Assembly (NCBI RefSeq): GCF_009914755.1
Contig: NC_060927.1
Direction: 5' to 3' (one strand)
DNA from: the human T2T-CHM13v2.0 reference genome, Homo sapiens
DNA: 64,000 nt
Positions 37,390-50,870 of this stretch are shown one piece after another. Numbering within the stretch: position 1 is the first letter of the stretch; each line of letters opens with the position of its first letter. The translations under genes were made by a program, and so were the position numbers. The notes beneath the pieces are model-generated. The model had not been told where the DNA came from. It saw nothing but the letters and a program-made list of their open reading frames with translations, and did not search any database.

Positions 37390-40300
37390 ACACACCATAT
37401 AGGAAACATGATGTGTAAGCATAAAATCGTATGAAAATTCTATTTGTTTAAAGTCCTTTATACACCAACACTATTTACTCTCAGTGCCTGTTTCTTGACA
37501 CTGAGTACTAACGTGTATTTTGATGAGCCTTCCTGTGAATTACTGTGAAAGTGGAGATGGGCTCTTCAAAGATTTCAAAAAATTGTGATCAACCTTGTTT
37601 AACTGACGGTGGCTGCCTGGGGAATGATGTTGAGAAGGATTCTGAGGCGGTGTCTGGGCTCAATGAGAGAGAGTGGCACTGTCCCCCTGGCGGTAGGAGA
37701 AGGAATGTGGACCCTGTACACAGACCCTCACCTGCCCTGAATTTCCTGTAGTCCACTTGGTTTTCTCAGGTATGAAGAAATGTATTCTAAATGCAGTGTG
37801 TAGGTTGGAAGCTAATGACTTCCTAAGTGTGAATGCAGGTGGAATCACTTGGCGAATTAGGAGGGGGTACTTATTTTGGAGTGAAGATAATGAGTTCCAT
37901 TCTAATATGGTTGGTATTAGGTTTTCCTGGGACATACTGTGGAGTATATTCTATAGGTACTTGGAAATATGGGGTTGGTAAGAGATTTTAGCTAACTGTG
38001 GATTTAAATTTGTAATCTACACGAGTTGTAATTCAAATCACTGGAGCAGGGACTGCAGAACATTTGTAGGATGTAGCTCCTAAAGCCAGCACCCATTCTC
38101 CTACTTCATTTTTATGACCTCGGGTGCGGGGAAGAAGAGCAAAACTGAAAACAAAGGATTGAAAAAGCCCCATATACTTAAAAGAGTCCTTTGGGAATAA
38201 AATAGAAGTAAAGATTCCTGCAGATGTTAATTGTTTTTTAGACTTTTTCTTAAAACCTGGGGGCAGGGGGTTGTTTGGCAGGGACAAATATTAGAATTGC
38301 TGGACAGAGTCAGTAACAAACAAGATCACTCACCATTGTCATCAGAACTGTGGGGGTATTACCAGACCTGTTATTAGCAACTCTGCCATGGCTCAGGATT
38401 AAATATCAAGAGAGATGAGAGCAGCAGTTGCTGTTTTTAAGAGTCACATAAATCAATTGGCATTTAGTAAGTGAATGTGTTAAACTCAGCAGGGTGATTG
38501 CACTATGGAAGGATTGCTAGGCAGAGTTTTGAAGCTGCCACAGAAGCCTTTGAAATGTAATTAAAACAAAGCAGACAATAACCCCGTCTAGCCCTTCACC
38601 CTTTCTTAACAGAACCTGATGTTGCAATGACCTCATATAGGTTCACCCTAAAATCCCAGATCTACTTCTTCAGCTAGGCCCAGTGCTGAATGAGTTATTT
38701 GATCCAATTTGGAGAACTGTTCTTGCTTAAAGTCAATACATAAGTAATGAAGAGAAAAGAATGGTAAGGAGTGGGAGCAGGGCAGAAGAGGAAAAGGTTT
38801 AAGTATGAATTAAAGTGATGTTCTTGGAATGTTTCCATTCAACATAAGGTGGGTAGCTCAGGGGTCAAAACAAATTAAAGGGTCCAGCCATTGGCTTCTT
38901 CATTTTGACCTAAAGGTACAAGCTAAAAATTACTCCATCAACATTCATTCTAGGTTGCAGGCCTCTGCTTACCAGCACCCCTCAATCTGGGCTCAGGATT
39001 TTTAGCCTTTCTGTAAAGCAGATGGATCACAGTGGGAGTGGGGGTCCCAGCTGCAGTGTCAGGAGCGCAGGTAGAGGTGGCGTGGGAGAGAAAAGAAGAG
39101 AGCACTTGCCTGTTCTTGAAAGCAGTCCCTCTCCCAGGCTGGGCCCATGCGCTCCTAGAAGGCTATGAGGCCAGTGGGCCAAAGCTTAATAGGAAAACAG
39201 CAGCGATTTGTCTCCACTGCTATTTATGTTTCAAGTGCTTGACAGGCTGTCAGTGCAAGTGAGGGTCACTAAATTTACTGCCTTTCAGATTACTGCTATA
39301 GTCTCGAACTTGACAAGTCACTTCATTTAAAAAGCGCTGCATGAGGATGTTTCCTGCACTCCTTTTTAAATAAAAACAAAGGGAGAAGAAAAGGCCACCT
39401 CAGAGGTTTAAATGGTTGAAATAAAGAAAGTCCACAAGACTCTCTTACCCTGAGGGGTGGACCTCAGAGGGAGAGTGCTACTTTCACACACTCACCTCTA
39501 ATTAAAATGGCAAGTGAGGGAGAGGGATGACCCCAAGGTTTTTGGTTTGATTGATCTGTGTACTGGATGATATTTTTATGGGTGGTGGTGGAGGGGTGGG
39601 AGGGTAATAATTGAGTTTTTTTATCTATTGAATTGGAATGCTTAAAGGACATTCAAATGGAGATTCCTTCTAAACAATGGGATTCAAATAAAGGATAAAA
39701 ATGTGTTGTATATGTGTTATTCATATACAACACATTTGCATATACATATATATTGTATATATATATAAATAAATGTTTACATAATGTTAACAATCTTACT
39801 TCTGGGTTATGGGATCAGGAGGCCCAGAAGTGTGCGGTTAGGGAACTTCTCTTCATTTGATGCCTTCCTATCCTGCTTGAATTTCTGACATAGATTATAT
39901 ATATATTACCTTTATAATGCAATATTTTCAAAGAAAACTGAATTTAATAATTGCAGTGTCAGTGAAAGACATACCTATTCTTCTGGCTGTATCCTAAGGG
40001 CAGGTTTCTCAGAATGAAAAAGAAAATCTCTACGATTTTTCTATTTCTGGCATAAGGGAAAAAGAATGATTAGGAAAATTAGACACCAATTCCAAATGAC
40101 AGGAGGCATAGTAATAAGCAAGTTGATATTATATAAAATCAGAACAATTTTCTAATTAGGTGGACAAAAAGTTTTCATGACTATCCATGGGCATTGTGTG
40201 TTGTAACCTACCTCCTGTACTGTTCAACTGTGGCTATTAAAGAATTGTAACCACAGGTCCAGTCCACTTGGCCCCCAAAGCAGTGAGACTTGAGCCTGGC

Positions 40301-41738
40301 CAATTGTTAGAAGCACTTTGCCCATGATTGAGAGGTGTCTGGACTTAAGAGTGCTGACTCTGAAGGTGACAGGTAGCTGTATGTGCACTCAAATGAATTT
40401 TCCTCACTATTCTCCACTCCATGGCACGTTGCCTGATTGCTCTTTGATCCTTGTTACTGGCAGTCAGATTGCACTCCAGTTCCCAGCTGGGACTAAAGTT
40501 GAGCTAAATTATAAACTTGACCCATCATTTAGTTGTCACCATCACTTTTCCTACAGGGCTGGACCCTTCTTGCTGTATTTTATAGCTGACTAATAGCCTG
40601 CTCACATTGGTGCAGCATCATTCCCTAGAAATCTCTGTGCTTTGGTATTATCCCTTTGGATCTGCGTATTCTGAGAACAAGCCCAACCTGAGTTTCCCTA
40701 ATGATATGAACTATAAATCTTACAGGAAAGGGGAAAAGTTCTGAGGTGGAGGTAGAAAGAACTCATCCTTTGTTCTAGCTCAAGTCTTCTAAACTCCCTC
40801 AGCCCAGGAAACACTCAGCTTATCTTCCTTTCTCGTGGGGAACTTCTAAGTTCCCTAGTGTCCTCGCACCACCTCCTAACCCTCCCAGCCTAAACAGTGT
40901 GAACCGCAAAATGATTTTCATGAAAGTGTATGATTAATAGAGTGTACATGGAGAATTTTCATGGATAGAGAGAGCTAACTAATACCTGCCATACAAACGG
41001 TCAGGCTGTGCAGTATTTTTCTAATATAAATAGCACAGAACTTAGGATCTCAAACAAGCACTTAAATGTACTCAATCATTTGTTTATATGAGAGAAATAC
41101 ATTATTATGCAATGTCTTAGCCCTGTGCTGAAGCTATTTCATCTTATTCTTGGTAGTTGACCAGAAGATTGACCCCCTCGCCTCCTGTACCTATCACATA
41201 AGATCTCATTGCAACCACTCAGAATAACTGTCCAGAGATAATTTGCTAATGGATGTCAATGTACAACCTATCAAATGCTTAAGACACTTAATAATTGCAA
41301 GGCATATCTATTTGGTATGCTACTATCAGTTTATTCAAGTCTTTGGATTCTGTCCAAGAATCACATATTTAGAAAGCAGACCATTTTGACCATAATTATT
41401 TCAGTACTTCCTAGAAATGGCTTCACTGAAGTGAGACCATGGACGTTTCTCTAAAGACTATTTAAAAATTACCCCTTTGAACACATTTTCTATGCATTTC
41501 ATAAATTTCAGTCAAACATATTGTCTAACATATTACTCAATACCCTTTATAAAAGGATTCTTTAGTTTCCAGAAAATAAGTCTCTGTAGATGTCTTTTTC
41601 AACTCTTGCTACTATTTTGAAATAAAAAAGAAGCTATGTGAATCTATTTATTTTCCCTTTTGCTTTCACTTTAAAAAATTACACAGATATAGTATCCAGA
41701 TGTGATCAGCTTATCTCAAATTCTGATCAGCATCTGTA

Positions 41739-41930
41739 CAGGTGTTTCTCAAACTGTGATCCATGGACCACCTATATAATAATCACACTGGAAACTGCTA
41801 ATACATGCAGATCACTGGGCTCTTTCACAGACTTACTGAATCAGAATTTCCTGGGATGAGGCTCAGGAATCCATTAGTTTATAAAACCTACCAGGTGATA
41901 CTCCAGAACACCTACATTTGGTAAGCATCC
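41739..41930. mobile_element. MER5A-type hAT-Charlie DNA transposon
   Basis: gtttctcaaactgtgatcc...tactgaatcagaa...caggaatc...ccaggtgat matches recalled MER5A. Confidence 0.8.
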
Positions 41931-44900
41931 TTCTGATCTTACTAGTTTGGCATTCAGAAACATATACCTTTTCTTTTCTTAAGGGAGTTAGGTTAACCCC
42001 AGACACAGAAGCCATCTTGACCCGGGATCAGGGATCAATCCAGTATTTAGATCAGGAAAGACTGAAGGAGACAAGTTAAATTATGAGGAGAATCAACATT
42101 CTGCCTTGAGCTCAATTCCCATTTCTGAACTAACAATTCAGTCTCCATTTGTTGGGTAGCACTTCGTGTCACATGGATTTTTTACATCTTCTAGTTTATC
42201 TATATAGGCTTCTTCTTTTCTCTCTCTGTGTCTCTTGTTAACCAATGAAGGAAGTGAAGTTTAGAAAAGTTAAGGAACTTTCCCAACATTACACAGATAG
42301 TAAATGGCAGAGCTAAGATGCCTGTGTGACTCTGGTGTTTTAATCAATCATATCATATTTGTAAAGTCTCAGCTCTGTTCCTGAGATTGATCCTCATTTG
42401 CCTACCAGTTCTAGACACTAGATTCATGACAAAAGCCAATGCTGACTGCTTTCTGGCCTACCTGGAACTCCAAAAAAGCCTGGATCTCAACTCCCAATTG
42501 TGGGTTACCCTTTTCTTTCCTCTCCATCCTACAGTTCTCAGTGTTGCCTGGTATAATCACTAGATTTCCTTACTGTAAAAATCACTGAGAATAGGTCATT
42601 TACACCCAAAGTTGAATAAGAAAATGTACGTTACCTTTCTTGGTTTCATTATGCATGGATTTTGTTACAAAAGCACCTTTGATGGGTGGATAAGCTGTTG
42701 GTGAACTTGGAGAATGACAGATGGAGGGCTACTGACCTTCTCAAGTGTTGGAAGATCATTAAGAGTAAGTTAATCTGTAAATAGATGAGAAATGTAAAGT
42801 TTCTTTGCATCATGCTATGAAGAATTCTGAGCTCTCTTACCCCACACTCAAGTCTTGGTTTGCAAAGTTACATTCAAATGACATGTGGCCAACCTGAGGT
42901 GCAGTAAAGGGAAGCTGATGTAAAGTGAGCAGAATTGACAGGTTGCCAAGCAGGATAAATTACCTCAAAGATATCAAACTTTAAAGCTTAATTATTTTCC
43001 CATTAAGACTCCTTTTGCAATGCAAATATTAATGCAAGTGGTTATACCTTTTATCAGCTAACGTCTTAATTCTCAATTAACACCTAAGGGATTTCACAGC
43101 CTGCAGGCAAGCAGAATGGGTACTTGTGGGAATAGGTTCTGTGGAACTGGAAAAAGACTGGAATGAAAGAAGAGGATGCTGCTAGGGGAAGAGGGGGGTC
43201 ATAAATTCATTTTACACAATGCTGGCTTAGTGTATCTAACTGTTTGGGGTAGCTAGGAATTGAGTAGCAAACACTGAGACAGAAAATCATTCTCACTAAC
43301 ATATAAGTCTTGGTGGTCTTTTAAACTTGTTGAATCCAAATATTGATAAGCACATTAATGCTCAGTTTTTCAGAAGATAATTGGGTAAGTTATGAGCAGG
43401 AGGCCTTGGAATATTTTCAATAAATTCCTAGGCTTTCAAATCTCTTCAGCCTTCCCAACCTTCTATACTAATCTAAAATACTGTCGGTTTCTGGAAGGGT
43501 AAACCTTATTGTATCAATAGCTCAACATATCATATACTGATGCAATTTTAATTTTCTAGTGGGAAAAACTTCACAATTTCAAGATGAAAAAGTTAAGCCC
43601 CACAAATCCTCCCCTTTTGACAGATGGCTTTACCCGAAGGCAAACTTAGCAGTGGCTCTCAGGGAACATTATCTGACCCGCTGTGCTGAGGGGCAGAGGA
43701 GACACAGGAAAAGATGTGAAAGCAGAAAAACATGAGGGAGAAGCCCTGAGCAAACAAGAAAGTAATAGGGTGGGACACAGGAAAATCACAGAAGAAATCA
43801 AGCCAGCCAAACCACGGGGAAGAAGAAGAGCAGGAAGAAAATGCCACCAGAATTGCAAGAGCCTAAAGTAATCTCACAGATGCCTCCAGAAAAGAAATCA
43901 GTTTTGTTGGTGGTCAGGGCAAACAGAGAGATTTGTTTTGGTTGGTTGAGTCTAAAGTCTATTTGCTAAGAGACTTCGTTTTGATATGACATATAATAAT
44001 CATTCTAAGAAGTGCTCTCCTGGCACTCTACATATCTGAGAGTAAGTAAATAGATGAGCATGTGATTGCAAAGGCAGCTGAGTGAGGAAAACTTACAATT
44101 CACAAAACGGGAGTTTTCATTCCTGACAATACAGTGATAAGCTTTTGTCCTCTTTAAAGGACTGGAGGTCCAAAATATGTTTGTTTACTTGTTTCTAACC
44201 AATATTCCTAGTCCTAATATAGTTACAGTTGGTCTAAGGGCTTTAGATTTAGGCTTGGGCAGATTATCAAGGCATCTTCTGCACATCAGGGATAATGGAA
44301 AATTTAGCTCCTACATTCAACTCATAGCTAGTGTCCTGTCTACCTGGAGAACTGTTGAATGCTATCACAGAAAGAGCTGTGGGCCATTGGCATGGGAAAT
44401 GGGGTGCTGGCTACGTATTAAACTTCATGTGCTGTGATGGGACTAGTTAGCCATTGGTTAGAGGATGGCAAGGTTGGATCCACACTAATCAGAAGACACA
44501 ATTCCAAAACAGTCATGTGTCTGACCTCCCACTCCCTGAATCCAAGCACTAGCCATTGAGAAATCTATCCCTCTCTCCATCAAGTTGTCAAAACAGGAAT
44601 ATTATAAAGCAACTTAAGGATGAGAAGTATTTGGAAGAAAACAGAGGTATGTGTGTGTATGTGGGATGGGTGGAACACATTTAGAGCCAGTTAGAGAATG
44701 GTACCTGACTGAACTTGGATTTTCAGGAACATGGAATTTTCCCCTAAACGAGCATAAATATATTTTTCACTAAAGAGTTGAAGATATGAAACTTAATTAA
44801 CTCATTTTAAATACACATATTTAAAATGAGGTTGACACATATTTAAAATGAGGTTGAAGGAAAGCTCTAATGTAATTTAATCAAAACCATAAAGATTTAA

Positions 44901-45436
44901 TCTTCTTTTTCTAGAAAAGATACTAACTTTTCCAAAATACAATCCAGGACAGATTCTCAAAATTGTTCAAGTGGTAGGTCCAAATACAAGAAGAAAATAT
45001 TTGATTGTGCTTTTTTACATTAGATTGTTAGATTTTAATTGAGAAAAATGGTGCAGACAGTAAAAAAACTAAGAATATTTTATGGTAAACTTCAATACAC
45101 ACAATTCTACTCAGTAATATTTGTCTTTTATAAATCAGGAAAAAAAACCCATATTTTATCCTAGTGACAAAGGTGTTAAGCTCAGTTTCTAGAATATGAG
45201 TGTTTTCTAGCACACAGTTTGAAAACCATTTAACTCATTTCCAGGAAGAGAAATCAATGCAACTATGCTCAATGGTTACGCTAAAATAAAAAATTCAGAA
45301 GTATAGTAAAGAATATGACTGCTGCATAGACCAACTGACAATTGTTCAAACTTTGATAGCCATAAACAAAAAGCCAGATTAGGTCAGGAGATCATTTGAC
45401 ATCTCTTGGTTCCCTTCATAACCTCTATCTTGGAGG

Positions 45437-45438
<2 letters not shown>

Positions 45439-45475
<37 letters not shown>

Positions 45476-45490
45476 ACTGAGAGAGAGAGA
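45439..45490. repeat. (GA)n microsatellite with gact interruption
   Basis: Read directly. Confidence 0.97.
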
Positions 45491-46103
45491 CTGCCTACAA
45501 ATACAAAAAGAATGGCTCTCCCTTTGAAATCTCTACTTGATGAGTACCAGCAATTTGGAGTAAAAAACATAATACATAATTTAACTTGACAACTGTTATA
45601 TGTCCAGCACTAGGCTGGGGAGATAAAACAAGGCATAGTTAGACAATACTAAAAAGCAAAGAAGATGCCACTATCTGGGAAACTATCATTATATTGATAA
45701 CAATTAATTAGTAATAAATTAAATTTGCTCTTACCATTAATATTCATTACTTGCAGATGTTCTAGTACTTTACTTTTGAATATGATGAACAGTGCCCAGA
45801 CACAGTAGGTACTCACTAAATATTAATTTCTTTTAAATCTCTCATTCTCTTTCTGTTATAATCATTTTCAAGAGTCTTTACCTCTTAGACTTTGAGAAAC
45901 ATTTTCTATGTCTGGTGAATCACTTGTAAAATGTTAGATTGTAGATTAAATGCATACGTCTTTTCCGAACAAAAATCCTGTAGTGCTAGGCACAGACATT
46001 TATAAGGATATGTATATCCTTATATATATGTGTATACATAAAATTATTTCCTGAGATTGTTGTTTATTTTTTCCCAAATTTGGGAACCAGGAGCATTATA
46101 GAG

Positions 46104-46423
46104 CAGGGCTTGGCAAGCTATGTCCCATGAGCCAAATTTGATCTGAGTGATTTTGTATAGCTCATAGCTAAGAGTGAATTTTGCATTTTTAAAGTTAAAA
46201 AATTAAAATAATATTTTTTGACACATAAAAATTATATAAAATTTAAATTTCAGTATTTATAAATAAAGTTTTACTTGGACACAGCCATGCCTATGCATTT
46301 TTATATTGTCTATGGCTGCTTTCAGTTACAATGACAGAATTTAATTGCAACAGAGACCCTATGGCCCACAAAGCTTAACATATTTACTACCTTGTTTTTC
46401 ATGGAAAAGTTTGTTAACCCATG
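46104..46423 (+). mobile_element. MER58B-like hAT-Charlie DNA transposon
   Basis: Termini cagggcttggcaagct ... aagtttgttaacccatg; internal aataaagtttta.ttgg.cacagcca; 8-bp TSD-like ttatagag/gtgtagag. Confidence 0.85.
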
Positions 46424-46651
46424 GTGTAGAGGAACAAGCTCTAACATGCAAGTCTGAAGAAGTGTATTTTTGATTGGGCTGTTGTGCTTCCCATTTTTTT
46501 AAGTTGGGGAATATAGTAGATGAGAACAAAAGTATATTTCAGAAGTAACATTCTATGACCTAGGCTCCAATAAATTATTTTCAAATAATTACAATATCAG
46601 TACCTGTCAGTACATTTACATTTTTAGCTCTTCCTAAATATTTTTCTAGGG

Positions 46652-46810
46652 CTGTGGCTCCCAAAGTAAGAAAAATCACCTAGGGAACTCCTTGAAAAGG
46701 AAGATTCTCAGGCTTACCTCCAAAAGTTCTAATCCATTATGTCTAGGGCAAGCCCCAGGAATCTGCATTTTAACACTCTGGTGGTGATTTTGATGTACAC
46801 ACTCACTGCA
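46652..46810. mobile_element. MER5A/MER5B-like fragment
   Basis: aatcacctaggga...gattctcaggc...cccaggaatctgcattttaaca...ggtgattttgatg. Confidence 0.75.
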
Positions 46811-47749
46811 AAAGCTTCACCAAGGTGGCCCAACTCACTGGTTCCTTTGCTCTGGCCTCAACAAACTAGCCATGCTGTAAAGAAAGCTTTAAACACTCCA
46901 GCTGCTGGTATGAACTGAACTATTTCAGCATGTATCCTGAGACTTTCTAGGGAAGAGATTGCTGCATTAGCTGTGGAGTTGTTCCCAGGAGAGATGCAGT
47001 AAAAGTTTAGAATCAGACTAACAGCCTTATACTTGTTTCTTTCTAAAAAACCTAAAAAGGCCCCAGGCATTTCTTTTGCTTGCTGGGGAGATGGTGATCA
47101 CAAACCTGTAAGGTGCACAGTGTTTTCGCTTCCCACAGAAGAGAAAACTCATTACATGAAATCACAGGCAAGCTCCCAACAAGAAGATGGGAAAGAAATA
47201 CATAGGAATCAGCCATGGAGCTTTCAAATTACGGAACTAGAAATTATATTTGCAATAGTTGAAAAGATTTTCCTCTGAGAATAGTATTATTCCAAATTCA
47301 CAGTAAATCTCTTTCTCATTTTATGCTGCCTGGGAGTTCTTAAAATTGATAGACCATAGAGAAAATGGCATTGCATTCTCATAGGGATTGGCAGCCTAGA
47401 ATGGCCATGCAGTTTAAACCTGAAACACAGAGATACTCATTTTTCTCCCTTCTTTTAAACTGTGCTCTTTACCCAGGGTCAAGACTCAAGACTAAGTTTA
47501 TTCAGCAGAGACAGAAAAAAAAATGGCTACAGGGAATCAGAAGACAATCATCCTTAGACAGGTGTATTCCTGGGAAATCAACCTTACCATTGAAGGTTTC
47601 AGAGGCCCTTGAAGGCCTCAGGAAAGGCAGAGTCAGAGGAAAAAAATATTAGCAGTGCAGTGCTGAAATGAAAGATACAAAGATATGATACCCCTGTTTA
47701 AATTGTTTCAGTGTACAAAGAACAAAGCTACCTAAAGAAAACCAACGTG

Positions 47750-47752
<3 letters not shown>

Positions 47753-47795
<43 letters not shown>

Positions 47796-47834
47796 CAGAC
47801 AGAGAGACAAAGAGAGAGAGGCAGAGAGATAGAG
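47753..47834. repeat. (TG)n microsatellite followed by a degenerate (GA)n
   Basis: Read directly. Confidence 0.97.
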
Positions 47835-49256
47835 GGCTTCAACCTCCTACTCGTTGACATTTTTTTCTAACCTGAGGGTTCCCTATTGCTAGACTTTCCT
47901 TGGTTACTTTTGAAGCTTTGTAAGACTCTAGGAAGAACTAAACCTCCATGCAAATGAGCAAAGCAGGAATACCATCTGAGTTATACAAGCTAGAAAAAGT
48001 ATAGCACACACCAGCAATCCTTTTGCCTCAGGATATAAAGTGATCACCAACTGGACTCAAAAATATTCCTACACTCTGTAGCAGAGGGCCTTGTGGGAAA
48101 GAAGAAAGAGTTGCAAACAGCTTAGAACAAGTGTACAATTCAGCTGGTATAGTTAAGAGGGTGCTGATTCTCAGAGAATTAAAATATTCATGTCTAGTTG
48201 TCATTTACATCTCAGCATTTCCCTTTTTATCTCCTTTTTCTCTCTTCTTAGATTTCTGTTGATTTATGGGCCCAGTTATTTTTGATGCTCTGAAAATGAG
48301 TGAATTAGTATTAAAGATAAAGATAAAAGGACCCACAAGAATGGGTGAAGAAGTGATAAAATGCATAACTCTTGGGTGGGCATGTGTGTGTATGCTAATG
48401 GGAAAGGTTATGGATCAACAGCATTTCTACTGTTAAATATATTTTCTTGCCTCCATTCTCCTAAATCAAAGATATCTAAATCACTTATCCTTTAGTTGTT
48501 ATAACTACTTCAAGAGTCCTCTGGGCAGGTTTGGCTGCCCCATGTGCCACCCTGCGGCATCACCTGCACCTTACTATAGAGCTCAAAGAATTAGCAAAGG
48601 CAAGAGGAAAGGCAGAAGGGGATCAAGAGGGAAAACTACAGAAGAGAGTGCAGGAGAAAATAGCAGGTAGAAGTCTAGAAAAGAGGAGGGGTATGAATGC
48701 CGACAGCAGGAGGCCGATAGGAGATGGGAAAGAAAAAAGAATTGAGCCTCCCGAGAATGGAAGAATGGAAAGAAGTGTTTAAATGGTATGCAGAATAAAA
48801 ATACAGAAACAAAGAGGAAAGAACGTAAGTATTTATTTAGTGAAAACTATGTGCTAAGAATTCTCACGTGAATTATATTATTTAACCATTTTGAAAACTC
48901 TGTAGTACAAATATTTAATCCCTGAACAAATGAGGTAGCTGAGGCTCATAGCTGTTAAGTATCTGGTCTAAGATCACACAGGTAGTGGGAAAGGAGAAGA
49001 GAACTAATACTCATTCACCAAATAAATATTTACTGAGAATTTATTATGAACTAGGCATGTGCTAAGCAACGTGACACATGCTAATACTAGTTTAATTAAG
49101 GAAGTATAACATATGTATGAAACATATATGATACATACATACACATATATACATATATGTAAACATTCCCATTCATAAATGTGGTTGAGACAGAGATCCG
49201 AATTAGTTTTTCACAAATATAAAGCTACAAATTAGTGGAATCAAGATTTAAATTCA

Positions 49257-49565
<309 letters not shown>

Positions 49566-50639
49566 CTATGCTTTTTTAGACTAGGGCAGAAATTCTGTTT
49601 CAGAGAAAGGACTAGGCTAAAAGGAGATCTATGGCATAAGACAGAGCAAATCTAGAAAATAAGAGAAAAAAGGAGAGGAAAGTATTCCAAAATATGAGCT
49701 ATTTAGTAATTAATTTTTCCGGTCATTCTATTTTATTTTACTGTTCATTTTGTTTTACAAAATAATTAATCCTGTATAGTATAATAGAGTATTAGAACTC
49801 AATTTGGGGAACCTGAGTTCATACCTTGCCGCTAACTTTTACCAAGTTACAGAAAATCTCTATAATTTAGTTTGCTGTAAAATCGAGGTTATAATATCAG
49901 TTGTGATGACCTATAAGATTGCTAAGAAGTTCAAAAGAGATAATACATGCAAATTACCAGGTATCACATCTGTAAGTAAATGCCCACAGTTATATTTAAT
50001 AGCTTTCTTGTCCTAGCCTGCTGGAGAGCCTCTAGCTTGCTTCCCATTTGTTCCCTCTAAAGATCACCCCAGGATTTGACCTTCCACGTAGGAATCAGTC
50101 TATGATGGTGCATTTCTGAAGGCACTGACTACTACCCATTTGCAGGATGCAGAGCCTCTATGTAATAAGAAATATATTACACTCTGAGCTTCTGCCCTTT
50201 TCTAAGTTTATCTTTCTCTCTTGGAGCCTTTTCATAGTTTTTATTATATATTTACATCTAATGAAGACTTGAATATTGCCTCTGAATATTGCAAAACATC
50301 AGTTTTGTTTGATATAACAGAGTTGGAGCTTTTAGATTTCAGCACGTAGATTGATTAATGTAAACGGCACATGCTGTCTCTCCTCCTCCAAAAAGACATT
50401 CCTTTCTCTTTCTGGGTTCCTTCTCCTCAGTCTTTGGGAACCAGCTCCAATGCCCTCTCCTTTAGGAAGTCTGTCTCAGCATCTTTCCTTCTCCTGCTTC
50501 TTCTTCCTAAGCCCTGCTTGAAACTATCCCTATTCTCAACCCCTAGGTTTTTGTCTTGTTTTGTTTTGTCTCTATTCTCTCAAAAAATTTGTTCATGCGG
50601 TGATTGTAGCACAAATCAGGCTGTACTATCATCATTTGT

Positions 50640-50870
50640 ATACATTTTGTCTCCCCAGCTATACCATAAGATTTGTAAAGTCTCTGCTCCAGGCCCATTT
50701 ATCTATATATTCCCCCATTGCTTCATTGACTTGTACATTTATTTATACATACAATTAAATATATTATTGAGTGCCTATTACAGGCCAGACCCTGCACTAG
50801 ATGCTGAGTGAAGACACAGTGGTGAATAAACCAGCCTGTCTTCAACTTCATGAAGCTACCATCTAAATGT
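50640..50870. mobile_element. L2 3'-end fragments
   Basis: attattgagtgcctatta.aggccagac.ctg.actagatgctg...gtgaataa matches the antisense L2 end. Approximate boundaries. Confidence 0.65.
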
